Source of the DNA: the human T2T-CHM13v2.0 reference genome, Homo sapiens | Direction: 5' to 3' (one strand) | DNA length: 64,000 nucleotides | Assembly: GCF_009914755.1 (NCBI RefSeq) | Contig: NC_060938.1 | In this document: one piece after another, positions 29,101 through 43,929 of the stretch | Layout of the letters: each line of letters starts with the position of its first letter | Position numbering within the stretch: the first letter of the stretch is position 1 | Translations under genes and position numbers: made by a program | The notes under the pieces: model-generated | What the model saw: only the letters and a program-made list of their open reading frames with translations | Told to the model about the DNA's origin: nothing | Databases searched by the model: none

Positions 29101-29370
29101 CATATTTTAAAATTGTCACTTTTTATTTACGTGAAATCAATTCCAAGTTTTGAGTTGTTGTGACTTTAGTGTTTCTCATATTAAATTGCTTTGATTCAAC
29201 ATTTTAGCTATAATTAGGTGCTGGACCTCATAACAATTGCAGGAATTACCCAAGAGAATTGTTAAAAACTAAAAACTTGTATTGACCAGACTGTGGTGTT
29301 ACAGACTCTAGTATGACATACGTTACTAGAAATTTAATTATGTCTGTGTGTGTATGTGTGAGTATTTTAA

Positions 29371-29658
29371 TTTGTTTTTTGAGACAGAGTCTCGCTCTGT
29401 CACCCAGGCTAGAGTGCAGTGGTGCACTCACAGCTCACTGCAGCCTCAACCCCCTCGGCTCAAGTGATCCTCCCACCTCTGCCCCTCCAAGTAGCTGAGA
29501 CTATAGGCACACACCACCACACCTGGCTAATTTTTAAGGTTTTTTAGACATGGGCTTTCACCACGTTGCCTAGCCTGGTCCCAAACTCCTGGGCTCAAGT
29601 GATCTGCCTTGACCTCCCAAAGTGCTGGGATTATAGACATGAGCCACCAAACCTGGCC
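29371..29658 (-). mobile_element. Alu SINE (AluJ-like)
   Basis: Reverse dimeric Alu. Confidence 0.9.
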
Positions 29659-29789
29659 AAATTGTGTTTTTTTTAAGTGCAGAGAGAAATTGACGTTTAC
29701 TTAAACCAATTTGTTTGCTGTACAACTTGTATTTTAGGTTTTCTTAGGAGCGTGTTTTCTTGATCCTGAACTGTTAATTACTTCATTTT

Positions 29790-30555
29790 AGATCTTTTAA
29801 AGGTTTAGATTTAGCATTGGTCCCTGCTGTTGTTGGGCTTACCAGCTAGGAGAGATGACATACCACTCATCAAATGTTGAATAAGAATGTGTCATAGGAA
29901 CGGTGCAGAATGTTGCTGGGTGATATAAAAGGAAAGGGGCACTGTACCCAATCCAGAAGTGACAAGGTAGGGCCAAAAGAGAGGAGGATAGGAAGAGCAT
30001 TCTTCTAGACAGAAAACAGTTTATTTGAATGTTCTAAGGTGGGAAAGATCATGGTGGGTTCCAGAAACTGAAAATTCAGTGTTGAGCATGGAAAGCAAGA
30101 AGAGAGAGACCTAAAGCAAAGCTGAGGCCAATATATTGATGGACTTTTTATGTCTCTTGATATTATTTTTAGATTGTGGACTTTCTCTTGAGGACAAGAG
30201 GGAATCAGTAAACGGTTTTAAGTAGAGAATTAACAAGAGCATCACCCTAACTCTAGAGAGAATGGGAGACCTCTTGAGTTAGGAGGCTCTTGTAATTATA
30301 GTGAGAGTTGATGGCAGCTTGGACTGTGGTATATCGAGCATAGAAAGAAGAGGACCACTTAGAGATTTAAGAGGGAGAATTGACAATAATCAGTGCTTGG
30401 ATGCATATAGGTGGTTGGAGAGGAATGAGGTTCAAAGATGACTCCTGGGTTTCAGGTTTGAGGCATTGGTGTGGTGGGGGGTGATCCTGTTTACTGAGAT
30501 ATGGAATTGAGGAGGAAGAGCAGATTATGAGTTCAATTTTGGATATAAGTTGAGG
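29790..30555 (-). mobile_element. LINE2 (L2) fragment
   Basis: Purine-rich reverse L2 motifs (aaagatgactcctgggtttcagg...gagttcaattttggata). Confidence 0.65.
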
Positions 30556-30969
30556 TACTGTCTTTATTATTTGCATCAGTTGTTTGCATTCTTGTCAGAC
30601 TTTTTGATAGCTTGAGAAAGAACAGGAAGAGACTTATGCTTCACTTGGGCCTTTGTTTAATTATACTTTGCCATTTCCCCCCCACCCACTCCAAACACTT
30701 GAGGGTTATGACACCCAATAGTAACTGTGGCTCACTGTGTTGATAGTTCTCAATGAAATAAGTTGAGAAACAATTGAAAAGGCAAATAGAGCTACGTGTG
30801 TAAAAGTTGGGAAGATGGGGTAGAGGGTGTTAGAGGGAGGTAAAAATAAAATCGCAGTTTTCAAAAATACCAGTTATTCATTGTCAGGGCCACTGGCTCA
30901 GTAATATTTCAAAAGACTTAAATGAAAGTTAATACTATGTGTTCCTCTGTTAAGCTTTGCTATATAGAC

Positions 30970-31155
30970 CAGTGGTTCTCAAAATGTGGTCCCTTGACCG
31001 CAGCAACATCATCATCTAGCAATTTAAAAATATTAAAAATGCAGATTCTTGTGTCCTACTGCAAACGTACTCATAAACTCTGAGGGTGGGGCTCAGCAAT
31101 CTATTTTAACAGACCCTTCAGGTGATTATGATACACTGTAACATTTTGAATACCT
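30970..31155. mobile_element. MER5A hAT-Charlie element
   Basis: cagtggttctcaaa...aaatgcagattctt...ggtggggctcagcaatct...caggtgatt. Confidence 0.8.
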
Positions 31156-31160
31156 CTTGT

Positions 31161-31374
31161 CTGGATTCAGCAAACTTTCTTGGTAAAAGGCCCACTAGTA
31201 ATTATTTTAGGCTTTGTGGACCATAGGTCTTTGTGGCAACTGCTCAGCTCTGCCCTTGTATTGAGAAAGCCACCACAGACATCATGTAAACAAATAAACA
31301 TGGCTGTTTGACTAAAACTTTATTTACAAAACAGCAGGCACATTTGGCCCAAAGTCTATAGTTTGCAGACTCTG
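31161..31374. mobile_element. MER58A-like hAT-Charlie element
   Basis: cagcaaactt...aaaggccc...taggctttgtggacc...aaaactttatttacaaaa...tagtttgc. Confidence 0.8.
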
Positions 31375-31848
31375 GTCGAGACTCCAGACAAATATGGTAG
31401 TTATTGCCAGAATAAATGACATATTAATGAAAATACAGAAGTTGGAAGTCAATCTGAATAGCTGCTTATAATAATATAGCTTATTATTTTAAGGAAATAA
31501 ACCAGCACTTTTGATTGTTGATTTTATTTTCATCTGTAGTCATTTTACCTTTCCCCACAGGGAAATAATTAATCTTTGTTTTAGTATAAAACATACTCTC
31601 ATTGCTAAACATTTCAAACTACACAAATCAGTAGAACAGAAGATAAATCTGCAGTGGTCCTCCAAGCCCTTGACCCAAATATAATATTACAATCTTGATG
31701 ACTGTTTTTGAGTTCTTTCTGTATATTATTTATTGTTTTCACTATCAATTTTTAAAATAATGTATGATTTTTTAAAAAATTGTTTAGTTGGTAAATTATT
31801 TTTTAAATTGTGTAATTATAACTTAGTTTTTTTCTCATTTCTTTGAAG

Positions 31849-31986
31849 GTTGTTTTGGAAACCGAAATAACAAATAAGTCCGCTTTGAAACTTTATGAAA
31901 ATCTTGGTTTTGTTCGAGATAAGAGGCTGTTCAGATACTATTTAAATGGAGTTGATGCACTGCGACTTAAACTGTGGCTGCGTTGA
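31849..31986 (+). CDS. NAA30: NAA30 last coding exon (45 aa + TGA)
   Basis: ttgaag|[45 protein letters not shown]; GNAT motif B; total CDS 771+124+56+138=1089 nt = 362 aa. Confidence 0.97.
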   Translation, partial: VVLETEITNKSALKLYENLGFVRDKRLFRYYLNGVDALRLKLWLR

Positions 31987-34900
31987 GAAACTGACATCAA
32001 GGAACAACTATCATCCACACAGAATCGACCTTTGCATGCAATGCAATTTGTACAGAATTGCTTTGCAGGTGGATTTAGTAATTTCCATGCAGCTCTTACC
32101 TGTCAGTGTCTCATTGAGTGTCGCACAATATTTGTTGCACTTTGGCATGGCACATTTGTTCTGAATTAAAAGATTGTTTTAAACTTCAGGAGTTCTTTTG
32201 GTACCAACAAGATGTGCCAGTTGATAGCCAAGATTTATGTGTTCATTTGCAAAGTCTGCTGACAATGTTATTTACACAGTGATCATTTTATCACAGAACC
32301 AGTAAGTGGAACATAATTTTTGTTCCCTAAAAAAGCCAATGTGGATTGTAAAAGTCTTTAAGTATACTAACATTTCACACAAAACCTGCCCTAGTTTTCT
32401 GAAGTGGGTGAGGGAGACGCTTCAGTTTTAGGTTTTATTTTTTCAATATTAAATTTTCCATTCTTGAATATTGGTACCTCAGTGATTAGTGAATGAAAAA
32501 AATGTAGGGTGGGTATGTCTTACAATGAGTAAAGGTAACAATTAAATTTTGTCTGCCAGTGCCTGTGTAGATAAGTATATTTGTCTTCATCTCCAGTTTT
32601 TGAATGCATGCTATCTTTTCCTTTTCTTTAAGGCCTTTGCAAGCAAACTTTTGTTTTTATTTAAATTCTAAATTTGATAAATTATTTCAGATTTTTATAA
32701 TTTGGATACTTTTTTCAGGTGAATGAAAGAATGGTTTACTTTAGAAGTCCCTTTTTCCTTACAGTAACAAGTTGAATCTACTTGGAAAATTGAGAAATGG
32801 CTCAAAAGAGATAAGAAAAGTTGATGGAGCCGGGAATTGCTGGGGTTTAGATGCACTTTTTCTTTTGAGAGTAAGGGAAGTTTTGGAAAAGAATAGAAAA
32901 TTAGTGTAAGTTGATATGATTTTATTTAATCAAAATTACTGCTACGCTGCGAAGAACAGCTTTTACAAAGTAGCTGAATTTGTTTTTCCCACTTGATTTG
33001 GATTCACATTGCTTTCATTTCTTAAAATGCTTCACTTCAGGTTCTTGGTCTTGGAAATAAATTTCAAGGTGCATTGTATCCATTTTAAGCTGCTTTATTT
33101 TATTTTCACTTGTATGAGCAAATTCTTGGGGGAGCTTTGCTTTTCTTCTGCCAGAAAAACAAAAGGGGGAAATGAAAATCTTTTTTGGAATGAGTTCTGT
33201 GGGTTTTCTTAACAGCCACCATGTTTATTAGTTACATTGTGTTTTGGCCAATCAGTGCAATGTAACAAATTTTACAGTTAATTGCTTTCAATTGAGTCAG
33301 TAAACCTGTGATAGATAATTTATTTAACTGGAAAACCTAGGTACCCATAAGAAAAAAGATTCATTCTCTGTGAAAACTGTAGGAATCTGTTGTTGTTTTC
33401 ATTTGAATATGCTCTACTTCTGCTCTAGTATTTGGTTTGGAATATATTTTGTGGCTCTAATTACTGTATTTTTAAAAACCCTACCTCCATTAACAGTTGG
33501 TAAAGGCCCCTTTTCAGGAAAGTTTGTTGCTTTTTTTTTTTTTTTAAAGGAAAGCTGCTCTTTGCTCAGTATAGTGTTTTGAAAGTGAACATAGTAACAA
33601 ATACTTTAAAAATAAAGATACACAATTTATATTTGAAAATAAAAACTTTCTGCTGGTGGGATTATTTATAGTTCTTTATTTTTAAAGAAAATGTTTTCCT
33701 TTTTATATTGCTCTTGAAAGTTTAATGAGCAGAATACAATACTGGTTATAATAAAAATATGGTAACCACACAGTACTCAGCCTTTCAATATGTTTTTGGT
33801 CAAACTTCATTTAGGCACTAGCATTTAGAAGAATACCAATCACAGTGATGCTTTTGTTATTTAATATGAAGGAAATGGAACTAAAACATTTATGTCATCA
33901 AATTTTATTTCACTTCTTTATATTTGACTTGCTGGTTGATACATAATGGTTGATGAACATATATTTGCTTAAATCACTAATAGGGATGGTTGTAAAGTAG
34001 ATAGATCATTGGTTCAACCATTTTAGTGTTTTTGCCAGATTGTCAATGAAACCATCATACTGACCTTTTCCTCCAAAATTGCCAAATTGACTGAACTGGT
34101 TGGGTGTTTGTAAAGATGACGTTAACTGTGTGACTAAAAAGTCAGATGGTTGCCATATTGTTTGGAATATGTTGAATGTCAGTGTATGCCTTATGTCTTT
34201 AATTGGGTATGCAAAAAAATTTTTACTTAAGTAGATTAAAATTTTAACCTCTAGCATGAAAACCCAGCACCAACACTGAAAGACTCCATTCAGGTTGAAG
34301 TAGCCTCAAACAGTAATTTACTTTTTGATAATAGGCTGTTGTTTTTCTTAAATAAGCTTAAAACAATTCTATCTGAAATTGGTAGCATGGGTTCACTTGG
34401 CTACAACTGAGCAAAATAGATGCAACTTTCTTTTAATGGGGTGCTGCCTCTTTAGGACTGACTGTACTATCCACTGACACTGGTTTGGCAGTTGGTACTG
34501 CTGAACATTTTTATACATGCTACCATGAAGCTATATATGTTAGTATTGAAGAAGCTAACGGGTATACTATCATTTTTGATGTGTGGGCTGATTATAATTT
34601 CCTGTATTTCCTGTACATTGGGATGAAACTACTTTAGCAAAGTCCACAGATCAGAAACCAGACGGTAGTTTTTGAAGTTGAAACCAGCAAAATAAGAAAA
34701 AATAAAAAATCGATTTTAATATTTTCTGCCTCTTTCCCAAATTACCCTTCCCACTTGCTCGACAAATCTATGTAAAGCAGTTTGTTTTTTCATGTTTTAA
34801 CTTTACCTTGCCCTGTGTTATGGTACTGGCTGACATGTCTAAGACTGGATGTGTATATTTATTATGGTGTCTAAAAATCATGAAGTTCATCACTTTTCAG

Positions 34901-35196
34901 GAGTATAGATAAAATCAAATTGGTAGTACATCAGAGTTACTTTTCAGTGCACCATGACATCACTAAAATGAGTGCTGTAATGTTACAGGGCTTTCAGGTT
35001 TGTAAAAACATAACCATAAATTATATTGACGTCAGATATGAGTTGAGTATCTATAAAATATCACGTGTATCTCAAAATATTGGACTGCTGTTTGACTGGA
35101 TATTGCTGCATAATTTTCTTCTATTGTCCCATATCCTTTTGGAGAGAGATTTAATGGGATTTGAAATGTGCAAGCTGTCTAAATAAGATGCAGTCA

Positions 35197-35202
35197 AATA
35201 AA
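35197..35202 (+). terminator. NAA30: Polyadenylation signal (proximal/mid)
   Basis: AATAAA followed by GU/U-rich element (gttgtgtttgcatttttctttt). Confidence 0.7.
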
Positions 35203-35889
35203 GTATGGTTAAGTTGTGTTTGCATTTTTCTTTTAGATACAGCTGTGTGCATTTTATGATTGGGTTGTTTTGCTTTTACCTACTAAGTAAAACAGCAACA
35301 AACAATATATTGTTTCCCGCTTCCTGCCTTTCATCTAAGAGTTACGGGGAAGAAGTATTACATAATTGTCATCACTGTTGTGTGTTCTGACAAAGTAAAT
35401 TTGAAAATAACATGAACTTGATTTTTCTAAAAGTACTCAGTCAACTCATATGTCAGTTATCGGTACATTTTCCATGTGTTCAGTCAAAAGTTTATCTTTT
35501 TAGTCTGTTTCATAGCAGTTTATTTCTAAGACAGTTTTTATTTTAATTTACTTTTTTGTCTGTACACTGCCACTCTGTAATGTTCCCCCCACCCCATCCC
35601 ACCCTTGGTAAGACACCAAAGTAAAATAGAGCAATATCCAAAGAGCTTTTTGCCCCTGTCTTGTGAGGAGCTTTAAATAGCTGTGAATACTTCTGTATGT
35701 CAAGATTTTCGGATTTTAGTGGAAGGATGAAATGATCTGTTTTAATCATTTAACTGCTAAATTACTTTTATCATGCATGCCAAATCTTTACATTATTCTT
35801 TAGAGTAATACTGTAAAAGTATCTGAGTTTGTTTTATTTGGGCCTTATGTGGAACTCGAAATACTTCATAAATTCACTCTAAGGTCTAA

Positions 35890-36279
<390 letters not shown>

Positions 36280-36344
36280 TAAGCAACTTTTAAAAAGTTT
36301 TTTAAAAGATCTCATAAGCATATAGCACTGCTACACTTTAGATC

Positions 36345-36530
36345 ACTACTGTCCAGTCACACTTTATATAAGGATAGATGTGTCCTTTTCACTCCCCAGT
36401 ATGGTAGTTACTAGTCACATGTGTAGCTACTGAGCCCCTGAAGTGTGGGTGGGATGATTGAGCTGAATTTGTAATTTTAATCAAAGTTAGCCACATGTGG
36501 CTTGTGGCTACTGTATTGGACAGCAGAGCT
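36345..36530. mobile_element. MER3-like hAT-Charlie element
   Basis: ctgtcca...ggtagttactagtcacatgtg...tagccacatgtggcttgtggctactgtattggacagc. Confidence 0.8.
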
Positions 36531-36601
36531 TTAGATAAGCAGTAATAACAGGAAGGGAGTGTTTGTATAGGTTGAAAGATAAAATGGAAGGATCACAATT
36601 A

Positions 36602-36703
36602 GGCCAGATGTGGTGGCTCACGCCTATTATCCCAGCGTTTTGGGAGGCTGAGATGGTAGTTTGCAACCAGCCAGGACAGCATAGCAAGACTGTTTCTGAA
36701 AAA
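36602..36703 (+). mobile_element. Internally deleted Alu monomer
   Basis: ggccagatgtggtggctcacgcctattatcccagc...gggaggctgag...agcaagactgtttc. Confidence 0.75.
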
Positions 36704-37572
36704 TCTTTTAAAATAACACAACTAAAAATTACCTCTGAGCAAGAGTATAGCTGAACTGTTTATACTGACAATATATTTCATTAATACAGTGTTTGACCAC
36801 TTTCCACCCCACCAACCACTGCCCTTGTTATGTAGCCTTTCTGAGAAAAGCAGCCCTTTCAGATTTTATTGTTGGAAGTTCCTTGGGTTGCAGAGATGCA
36901 GATTCAAGTGCCAAAAGTTGTTTCTGATGAGACTTACCTTTTTAGCCTTAAAATATTTGTATAGTTGGCTCTAATAATTTCTCATTTTTGATGAATTTGA
37001 AATCATTTCACTTCTAAATGAGATTGGTCATCTCATGAGTGGTCAAGTTGGAACATGGAGGTCTATCATGTTTTTAACCTCCAAGATCCACTTATGGGGA
37101 TGAGGCCAAAGGCCAATGTTACTTCTAGAAGAACCAGATTAATTTTTCTGCCTTCCATCACCGCAGTGTATTACCTTTGACCCTCGCTGGTCATCTGGTA
37201 AGTGTAGTTCATCAAAAGAGCAGAAATAGGCACAAAGACAGTGCCAGGCTTGGTACAACCTGTTAACACTGTTGAGGAAAGAGCTCAAAACATGCATTAC
37301 TTTGGGGATTAAGTCAGTGTTTAATCTCAATATGAAACAGACCTAGAAATAACAAAGACCACTGAAGTGCCAAATTTATCTTCTAATACTACTATTTAAA
37401 CTATGCAATATGGGGGTTATAATGAAATAGTTTTAGTCTATGTAAGGTTTTTATAATGCTAAGAAATAAGCTTATTTTTAGATATGGATTTTTTATGACT
37501 ACCTCTTTGCTGTATGAATATCTTAATTTTCTAATACCTCAGTTTCATGAGAACTGTATGTACATTTTTGTA

Positions 37573-37578
37573 AATAAA
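37573..37578 (+). terminator. NAA30: Candidate polyadenylation signal
   Basis: AATAAA preceded by repeated UGUA (CFIm) motifs: actgtatgtacatttttgtaaataaa. Confidence 0.5.
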
Positions 37579-38330
37579 ATAATTTACCATATACTAGGAG
37601 AAGGACCTGCTTTTAAAGAAATTGTGTAAAGACATTTGTTATTGGATGTGTTACATAGTAAATCAATTTGAAATTTCTTAAAAACGTTTATAAGACTTTT
37701 CTGGTCTCCTTGACCGAGGGATTTTAGTATAAGTATTTAGTGAGATTTGTATTCTAGGAAGTGTGTGCCGTCACTTGTTCATTTACAACTGCAAAGATTG
37801 TATGTCTCCTATGTTTTCCTTTCATGCCAAAGAAACTCACCCTTTTTAAAAGCCAGCAGGTTGCACAAACCAAAAACAAAATATTTTGCCCCTTAAATAG
37901 GCATTTTAAGAAGTTTTATTTCCTGGTACTTAAATATTGTGTAGAGGGAAAGCTAGTTGTAATAATTTGTAAAAATGCGTGTATTTTTAGGAATGCGCTA
38001 TTTCCAGTAAGGGAAGTATTGACATTTTTAAGGAACTGTGCTGCATTAAAATCCACAGTTGCATGAAACTTTTAAAAGTTTAAGATATAAAGTAATTGCT
38101 AAAATTTGTGAACTACTCAGAGGACTCAATGCCCTAACATGTAGGGGATTGATCATTGCGATGTTTAGGCCAGGATTTCTCATGATTGTATATGGTTATT
38201 GATCATTTTTAAGGGGCTGAACCTGCTGCCTTTATACTTTTGACACCTCCCTCCCTCCCTCCCTCCAAACTGTGGCTGTAAACAGTGACTCTGCATAGTC
38301 AGCGTTATACTTGATTTCTTTGTGAATGCA

Positions 38331-38341
38331 AATAAAATAAA
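38331..38341 (+). terminator. NAA30: Distal polyadenylation signal
   Basis: Overlapping tandem AATAAAATAAA at the end of the repeat-free block. Confidence 0.7.
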
Positions 38342-38743
38342 ATTTGTAAGTCCACCAAATATTGACTTAACTAGGTAAATGTAAACTGATTTCAAATTTG
38401 TCTTTGGCCAAGTCTACTTAATAGCTTATAATTTGGAAACGAAGTATATCAATATGGATGTGGGCATTGTGTTTTAAGTCATTGTGGGATATTTTCTTCA
38501 TATTAGGAACTAATAATGAACGTTCAAAGTTTATTTTTATCCTGATGATAGTGGGCAAGTTTCTTAATTTCTCTGGGCTTTTAGTGATAACTACCTGATG
38601 AGCTAATTGTGAAGAATAAATGGAATAATTTATGTACATAAATTACCTTAATGCCTAGTAGCCTAGTACATCGTAAACAAATGGTAGCTATTAATAGTAT
38701 ATATAATATAACTTATGTATAATTTTGTATTTTGCATATTGAG

Positions 38744-39058
<315 letters not shown>

Positions 39059-41114
39059 TGTCTATTCAGTAGAGTTTTATAGCATTATTTAAAGGAGAAA
39101 AGTTATCTAAATATTATGTTAGATCTTACAAGAGTAGCCCAGACTGTAGCAAATGAAGAGAAAAATCTTTTTGCATTTGTAATATGGAGAATATTAACAT
39201 AGGTAAATAGAAAAGTATAATGAACTCCCCATATACTTATAAATCAGGCCTAATGCCGTGGCTAATCTGGCCCTGTTCGTCTCCACCCACCCCATATTAT
39301 TTTAAAACAAATCCCAGAGATTATATTTTATCCATAAGTATTTCAGTACTTAAATGGTAAAGTCTCATTTTTAAACAACATAAACCATGATACCATCTCA
39401 CACTAATCCTTAATCATCATATAACCAGTTAATGTTCCAATTTCTAGGAAATTATTTTTAATAACATTGGGTTACATTCATGGAGAGTAAATATGAATAC
39501 AGAGGAGTTACTCTTAAGTATATGAGATAATTAAAGGAAATGATTAAGTGGAAAAGTAGAGGTGAGGTTGAGAGTAGGTGTTGTGTCTTGCATATCCCAA
39601 GTACCTAATGTTTTCCTATGGATATAATAAGACACTTATTGGGAGAAAAATGGAGCTGACAAATATGGTGAAATTACCAACAGTGACTAAAGAATGACTT
39701 TTAGGAGAAGGTGTTGGGTTTTGAAATATACTCAGCAAGGCATGGCAGAAAAGATAATTGGGTGAGTGGGAGAGAAAAAGGCAGTAATATATGCACAGAG
39801 TTTTAATAGAGATGATTAAGCAAGTGAAGACAGTTTAGGTGAAAACCTAAGATGCAGCAAAGATAAACACCCTATCATCAAATACTCCAATTACCATGGT
39901 CAGAAAGTAATCAGTGGAGGATAATTCAGAATAAATTTACTACAACCGTTATCTGAATTTAAAAAGAAATCTGAAACCATATGGCTGACTAGAGTTGCCA
40001 GAAATGAATAAAATTAAGAGATGATTTTATGAGTTCATTGTACTGCAACTACACTAAATATATTGAGTATGAGCCACAGAGTCATTCTCAAACTAGTGAG
40101 CCCAGTTTTTTTTTTTTTTGTTTACAAGATCACCCAACTAGAGATGCAGAACACCTTTGTACCACCTAATAGAAAGAGTTCACTATGGTCTGGCATGATT
40201 TTATAGGATCCTTGCAGCTGTTGGGATATTAGTCCCTCACTTTGGGGTGGCGAGAGCTCTGATTAAGTTTCTCTATTACCAGGAGGGCAGTTGAGTAATA
40301 GTAAAAATAGCACACAGCGAGATTGCCTTCTTACAGTTTTCAAGGTACTTTCACCTACTTTTACTCAGCCTTTAGATGGATCTTTAGAGATGGAAAGATA
40401 TTTTCATTTTGGTCACACATCAGTGATGTGACTTGAGCCCAGCCCTCCTGAGTCCCATAGGTCTAGTTTTCTTGCTACCACACATGGTGCTTGATTAAAC
40501 CCAAAGAAGATAGAGCCCAATATGTTTTGTTGGGTAAGTTATAACATTAATGAATCCTATAAAGTTAGTTAAATATGGTTTTATTCAGCATAAAATTTAA
40601 GTGCTCTCAAAATGTTTAATACGTCTGATTTGTAAAATCCATTAAAGGATTCAGGATTAAGTGATTTTTCTTAATATCTAGTTGGTTTCCAGTGATTAGG
40701 TCTATAATATCTTTCAAGGAGACGGATTTGTTTCTTTTTCAGAACAAACTTTCCTTATATATTGTCTTGTTCTATGAAAGTTGAAATGAATAATCTTTAT
40801 TACATATTTATATTTAATTTAAAATTTATAAATATACTCTAGCATGTAACATCATTTTTCAGGTAAAATTTTACTTGGTCAAATTTCAAGTAAGCCCGTG
40901 GAAATAGGTTTATAAGGGAAATAAAAGAGTTACATGGTGGGGGTGGGGGGAACCTATCTTGATTATTCATCATGTTTGAAGTCTAATTAAAATATATAAC
41001 AATACTTAACACTGTGCAAAATCAGGTCATATTAATATCTTCTTTCTAATAGGCCTATAAACATGAAAACAGGAAACAAGTGTCTGTGTATATGTGTGTA
41101 TATATATATTTTAA

Positions 41115-41423
41115 ATTTTTTGTTCTCTTTTGAGATGGGAGTCTTATCCTGTCACCCAAGCTGGAGTGCAGTGACGTTATCTCAGTTCACTGCCACCTCC
41201 TCCTCCTGGGTTCAAGCGATTCTCCTGCCTCAGCCTCCCAAGTAGCTTGAACTACAGGCATGCGCCACTATGCCCACCCAATTTTAGTGTTTTTAGTAAA
41301 GACGGGGTTTTGTCATGTTGGCCAGTCTGGTCTTCAACTCCTGACCTCAGGTGATTCGCCTGCCTCGGCCTCCCAAGGTGCGGGATTTCTAATCCCACGG
41401 TGGCCTGAGCCACCCTGCCCAGC
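41115..41423 (-). mobile_element. Alu SINE
   Basis: Reverse Alu flanked on both sides by tgtatatatatatttt (TSD-like). Confidence 0.92.
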
Positions 41424-43860
41424 TGTATATATATATATTTTTAATGGACCCTTTTCCTGTTGGTGAAAACTTGCTTAACGTATCAACTGGTATGATACAA
41501 TGTTAAATGATTGGATTGGTCTTCTGTAATTATAGTTGACTTCAATTAGAGTAGGCGTATGCAAAGCCTGTGCCAGTTAATCACTGGATAGGCAGGGATC
41601 TCAAGCATACTATGAGAGAAAAACTTGGTCATTTCCCTACTCATAAAAATGAGTGTCAGATCAATATTTGTCTTTTAGGGTAGTGACGTAGATTCGCTGG
41701 AGTATAACTCCATGAGAGTAGGGAAATTGTTCATGGCTGTATTTGTTCACTATCTAGAACAGTGCCTGGAATGTATTAGGCATAAAATAAATACATTGGT
41801 TTTATGCAGACAAAATCATTTTATGATGCAGAATGCTCTTAAGTTGCACAACAGAAAGGAGTTCTCGGACTTAAAATCCTCCGACGTATCAAAGGTGTTA
41901 ACTGGCAATCTCCATATTACCCTCCCTTTCTTCCTACTTCTTTCCCTGTTATTCATGAATGTATACTACTTCTGCTAATGTTCTTTACCTTTACATCATA
42001 AGATCATCAGAGATTATTTTCTGCCATGAGGCAGTTCTGTTCAGTTATTTATTAAACAATTATTGAGTCCCTGCTCTGGACCGGGCATCTGTGCTAGGCA
42101 CAGAAAACAGAGCCTGCTGAATGGCTGTTGGGCTCACAGATCTACCTGAAGTTTGATGTGATATGCAGAGGTGATCACTAAATTGTTTTTTAGGATCCTA
42201 GAGATGTTATGACAAAAACTTGGGAGAATTATTAAGAAAGGAAGATATTTTTCTTTCTGAATACTTTTCTGACATTTTACAAACATTTGTGACATTTTTA
42301 AAAGAAGCAAAGACCCGTTGTATTTGTTATGAATATAAAGATTTTAAAAATCATGTCAGACATTTAATTGCTCAGACACATAAAATCCAAATACAATTAA
42401 ATTACCCTGATTTATAAAAATTAGACCTAAGAATTTGAATAAAGTTTTACAGAAATTGAGATGTTTAATTTATATATTTTATCCCAAACAAAATCATTTT
42501 TTATGAACCTAATGCAGCTAGACACTTTATTTTACAGTTTATTTGTACATACCTTTAATTATGAGGTATAACTTCAGTTCTTTAAAACTAAAAGTGCTTT
42601 TAAAAGTTTACAGTGTCCATCCTCAAGTTTTATTAATCTGTAAACTAAATTTTCCCATTCCTTGACCACTCGATACTCCACTTCTGTCTCCCCCACCCAA
42701 GGAACCTTGCCAAGTTAGCTATAAAGTTAATTTATTGGCAAAGCCAAGAACACGAATGCACCTTTTCAGTCAGAGCAGCCTACTGATAGCAGGGCGAATC
42801 CGGGCCAAAAAGCAGGGACATTTTAAAATGTAGGCAAAGATAATCCACTAGCTCAGGCTAAGAGTTTGGTTATTTAAACAGGCAGAAAAAGGTGAAGAAA
42901 TATTTGCAGAAATTTTGTGAATTGAAGTAGGGGCTTCTGAATCTTCATCTAGAATGATTTTATTTTTACAAAGAGCAGTTTTTAAATGTTATAGGTACCT
43001 TTTTTGCTAAGTTTAGTTTGCCTTTACCAAGGGAGGATTATGGTTGGGGTCTATGTGTGTGTGTGTTTGACTTTTAATTGCAAAGTATCGAATTCTCATT
43101 GAACAGTTATGTAACTGTAAGCCTCAACTTTTTTTCTTTTCTTTCCCACTGCCCGCCTTCAAGGATTAACTAAATTAACTACCAGATTATGTATCTGGAT
43201 ATCTGGACAGAGGGATGCCTGAGAAGTAATCTTAATCCTTTTGGTTCTAAGTCAGCATAACTTCTGGAAAATGTTTTGGGTAAATAAAGGGAAACCATAG
43301 CACAAATACTGGAAACGTTTGCCAGCATCAAAGGAGAAGTTTAAACTCCTAACTGGAAGACACCATTTAGTCACCTCGCTGACTGATACTTATTGAGCAC
43401 TTACTATGTGCCAAACGTTACACCTGGCACCGTAGAAGGAAACAGACACCTCTGCTCTTGTAGCATCAAATAGTCTCTGAGGTCCAAGATAGCAGAAATT
43501 TGGGGAAGCAAACATAAAGTACTAATCGAAGACCTGTGAGGCCCTGGAGAGAACTGTATTCTTGAGCAGACAGCAGTCTCCGAATTCTCTTGGGAACCTA
43601 GGAACACTTAAATAGGTATTCAGATGTGCAGTGAGTCAGAACTATGGAAGGCAGATTTTGAAAGATGAGTTAGAAAGCAGGGGATAGTTCATCTTCCTAG
43701 TAAGCATTTTAAAACTTCTTAACTGTATAATTAAACTAATGCGAATGTGATTGGATCTTTTCAGCAGCCTAATTCTCTCTTTCAGGTCAGTATTTTGTAG
43801 CATGTCTCTGTCCCTTCTCTTAAAAAAGTTCTAAAGGCATTGGTGTGTGCTGTGGATTTT

Positions 43861-43876
43861 ACGTGTGTGTGCGTGC

Positions 43877-43911
<35 letters not shown>
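43861..43911. repeat. (GT)n/(GTGC)n alternating purine-pyrimidine microsatellite
   Basis: 51 nt of uninterrupted RY alternation. Confidence 0.95.
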
Positions 43912-43912
<1 letters not shown>

Positions 43913-43929
43913 TCCCCTTAAAATAGTCT

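Noticed and set aside
31946-32164. 72-aa Cys-rich ORF overlapping the NAA30 stop codon
   Set aside because: Out-of-frame internal ATG in the last exon, no plausible initiation route and no homology. The stop context TGA-G is not a read-through motif.
33370-33582. Hydrophobic 70-aa ORF in the 3' UTR
   Set aside because: GTG start; hydrophobicity is expected from U-rich UTR sequence; no independent evidence.
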